From positions 11,274,795-11,338,794 of the forward strand of contig OZ316896.1 of the NCBI GenBank assembly GCA_973895155.1: DNA of 64,000 nt, in the 5' to 3' direction. Both the position numbers and the translations under genes were made by a program. Positions 62,520-64,000 of the stretch are shown one piece after another. Each line of letters starts with the position of its first letter. Within the stretch, counting starts at the first letter, position 1. Origin of the DNA: Marsupella aquatica (Eukaryota > Plantae > Marchantiophyta). Below the pieces are notes generated by a model. The model saw only the letters and a program-made list of their open reading frames with translations, was not told where the DNA came from and ran no database searches.

Positions 62520-63960
62520 TCTAAACTATCAAACTCGAATATCAAAGTATACTGCTTTCTAAATTTATATTTTAAACTGGGATATCTGAAAAAAAAGGAC
62601 GTGAATTTTTTAACTATGATTCTAAGAAGATGGATATCTTGTGTATGAGCAATTTTGTTTCACTCACTATGATATACATGGCATAAAGATGCCAAATATT
62701 TAGTATCAAAATTCAAAGCCTTCGCCAAAGTTACAATATTAGTCATATAAAAAAGTGGTAAATTTTGTGGCATACTCATTGTCTTTTTTTCTTTGTATAT
62801 ATGCCACAATGTCGCCTGCAAATGCTTTAATCGGAAATTCGGCCAAGACCTCGACATCTGCTTTGAGACACTCAAGTCTCTCATTCCAAGCGAAGGTGCT
62901 CTCCTGCCATTTTTTATTTTGCTCCTTCTCCATTTTTCTAACATAGCCTTGTAAATCAGTGATTTCCTTGGACAAACTTCTAACTCGCATTGGATCTCTC
63001 CTACCCTTGCTCTTATTCTCGCTCATGTCATCTATAGACAAATCTGTCTCTTCACATTGTTGTGACAAATCTGTTTCTTCACATTGTCATTTAGATCCCA
63101 TTTGTCAACTCCATCTAGCCAAAAAGTTCTTGTGTCAAGCCTAATTTCTTGTCTCACTTCTTCTTTTGCTTTTCCTCCATCTTTCTGAAATGACCTTTTA
63201 GATTAGTGATTTCTAGAGGGGACACCTAGCCCAAATCTAGACCATAATCTGCAATCCAATTTGCCATACCATGGATGTTTGCCATTGAAGGTGATCCTAA
63301 TGCCAACCCAGTTTTCTAATGGCATTATTCAAACTATCAAACTCAAATATCAAAGTATGTCCTTTCAAAATTGAGATATATTATAAAAAATGGGAATTTT
63401 TTACTTTAATTTGGAGGAGATGAATGTCTTTGGTATGCGTAGCCAATCTTGTTTCTCTCACTATGGTAAGTATGGCCTTGGGGGGTTAACTTAGTGCATA
63501 TTTTGGGATATCATGTGCAATTCTAGCCTAATATTAATACACTTATTTTATAAAAAAACATTCCAAAAATATTCTCTATTTTCAATATTAATGACCTTTT
63601 TTTAAAGGAATACAGACTAGAAAATATTTTATTAATATGAGTTTATAATAGCTTGTTTTGTCTCATAAATTTTATAAAAATTTAGCTAATTTCTATTCCA
63701 ATTACCTATTTTGGATCGCACATGACTCCTACAATTTTTTATAGTTGACCGCATAACAATGCCAAATATGTAGTTTCAAAGTTCAATGTCTTTGCTAAGG
63801 TTACAATATTAGTATCATGCAAGAATATGGTAAATCTTGTAGGATACTCATTCTCTTTTTTACCTCACATATGCTACAATATCCCCTGCTAGCGCTTTGA
63901 TTGGGAAACTTGGCTAAAACCTTAGCATCTGTTTTGAGTCTTTCAAGTCTCTGGTCCCAA
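62520..63960. repeat. Diverged direct duplication containing decayed coding-like sequence
   Basis: AAACTATCAAACTCRAATATCAAAGTAT at ~62523 and ~63331; ATGCCAAATAT..GTTACAATATTAGT at ~62689 and ~63759. Confidence 0.7.
63480..63750. mobile_element. MITE, inverted relative of 838-1133
   Basis: GGGGGGTTAACTTAGTG and AATATTCTCTATTTTCAATATTAATGACC match the reverse complement of 1017-1133; it interrupts the second copy of the local duplication. Confidence 0.7.
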
Positions 63961-64000
63961 GCCTAATTTCTTCTTTTGTTCTTCCTCCATCTTTTTGAAA

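Overview
Eukaryotic nuclear DNA from a land plant. The 5S-like copy and compact introns suggest a non-seed plant (inference). Host genes: MPH1, plastid peptide deformylase PDF1B, a secreted LRR-only protein, a DUF4228/PADRE-like protein, an ankyrin protein, mitochondrial uL22 (2 exons) and mitochondrial ClpX (~15 exons). Mobile DNA: a full-length Ty1/copia element (2044-7801, TSD GCCAC, tRNA-iMet PBS) beside an inverted solo LTR of its own family, a 5'-truncated CRE-type non-LTR element, several MITEs, and a degenerate 5S rRNA copy. The most striking feature is an ~11-kb composite rolling-circle element (35508-46561, minus strand). It has a group-2 type RepHel (RGSLHAH motif), an asymmetric terminal inverted repeat combined with a CTAG end and A^T target, and three near-identical copies of its 5' terminus (two forming a 242-bp inverted repeat). 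It also carries a captured phosphomannomutase exon and an unrecognised three-exon accessory gene. All calls are from manual reading; no searches were run.
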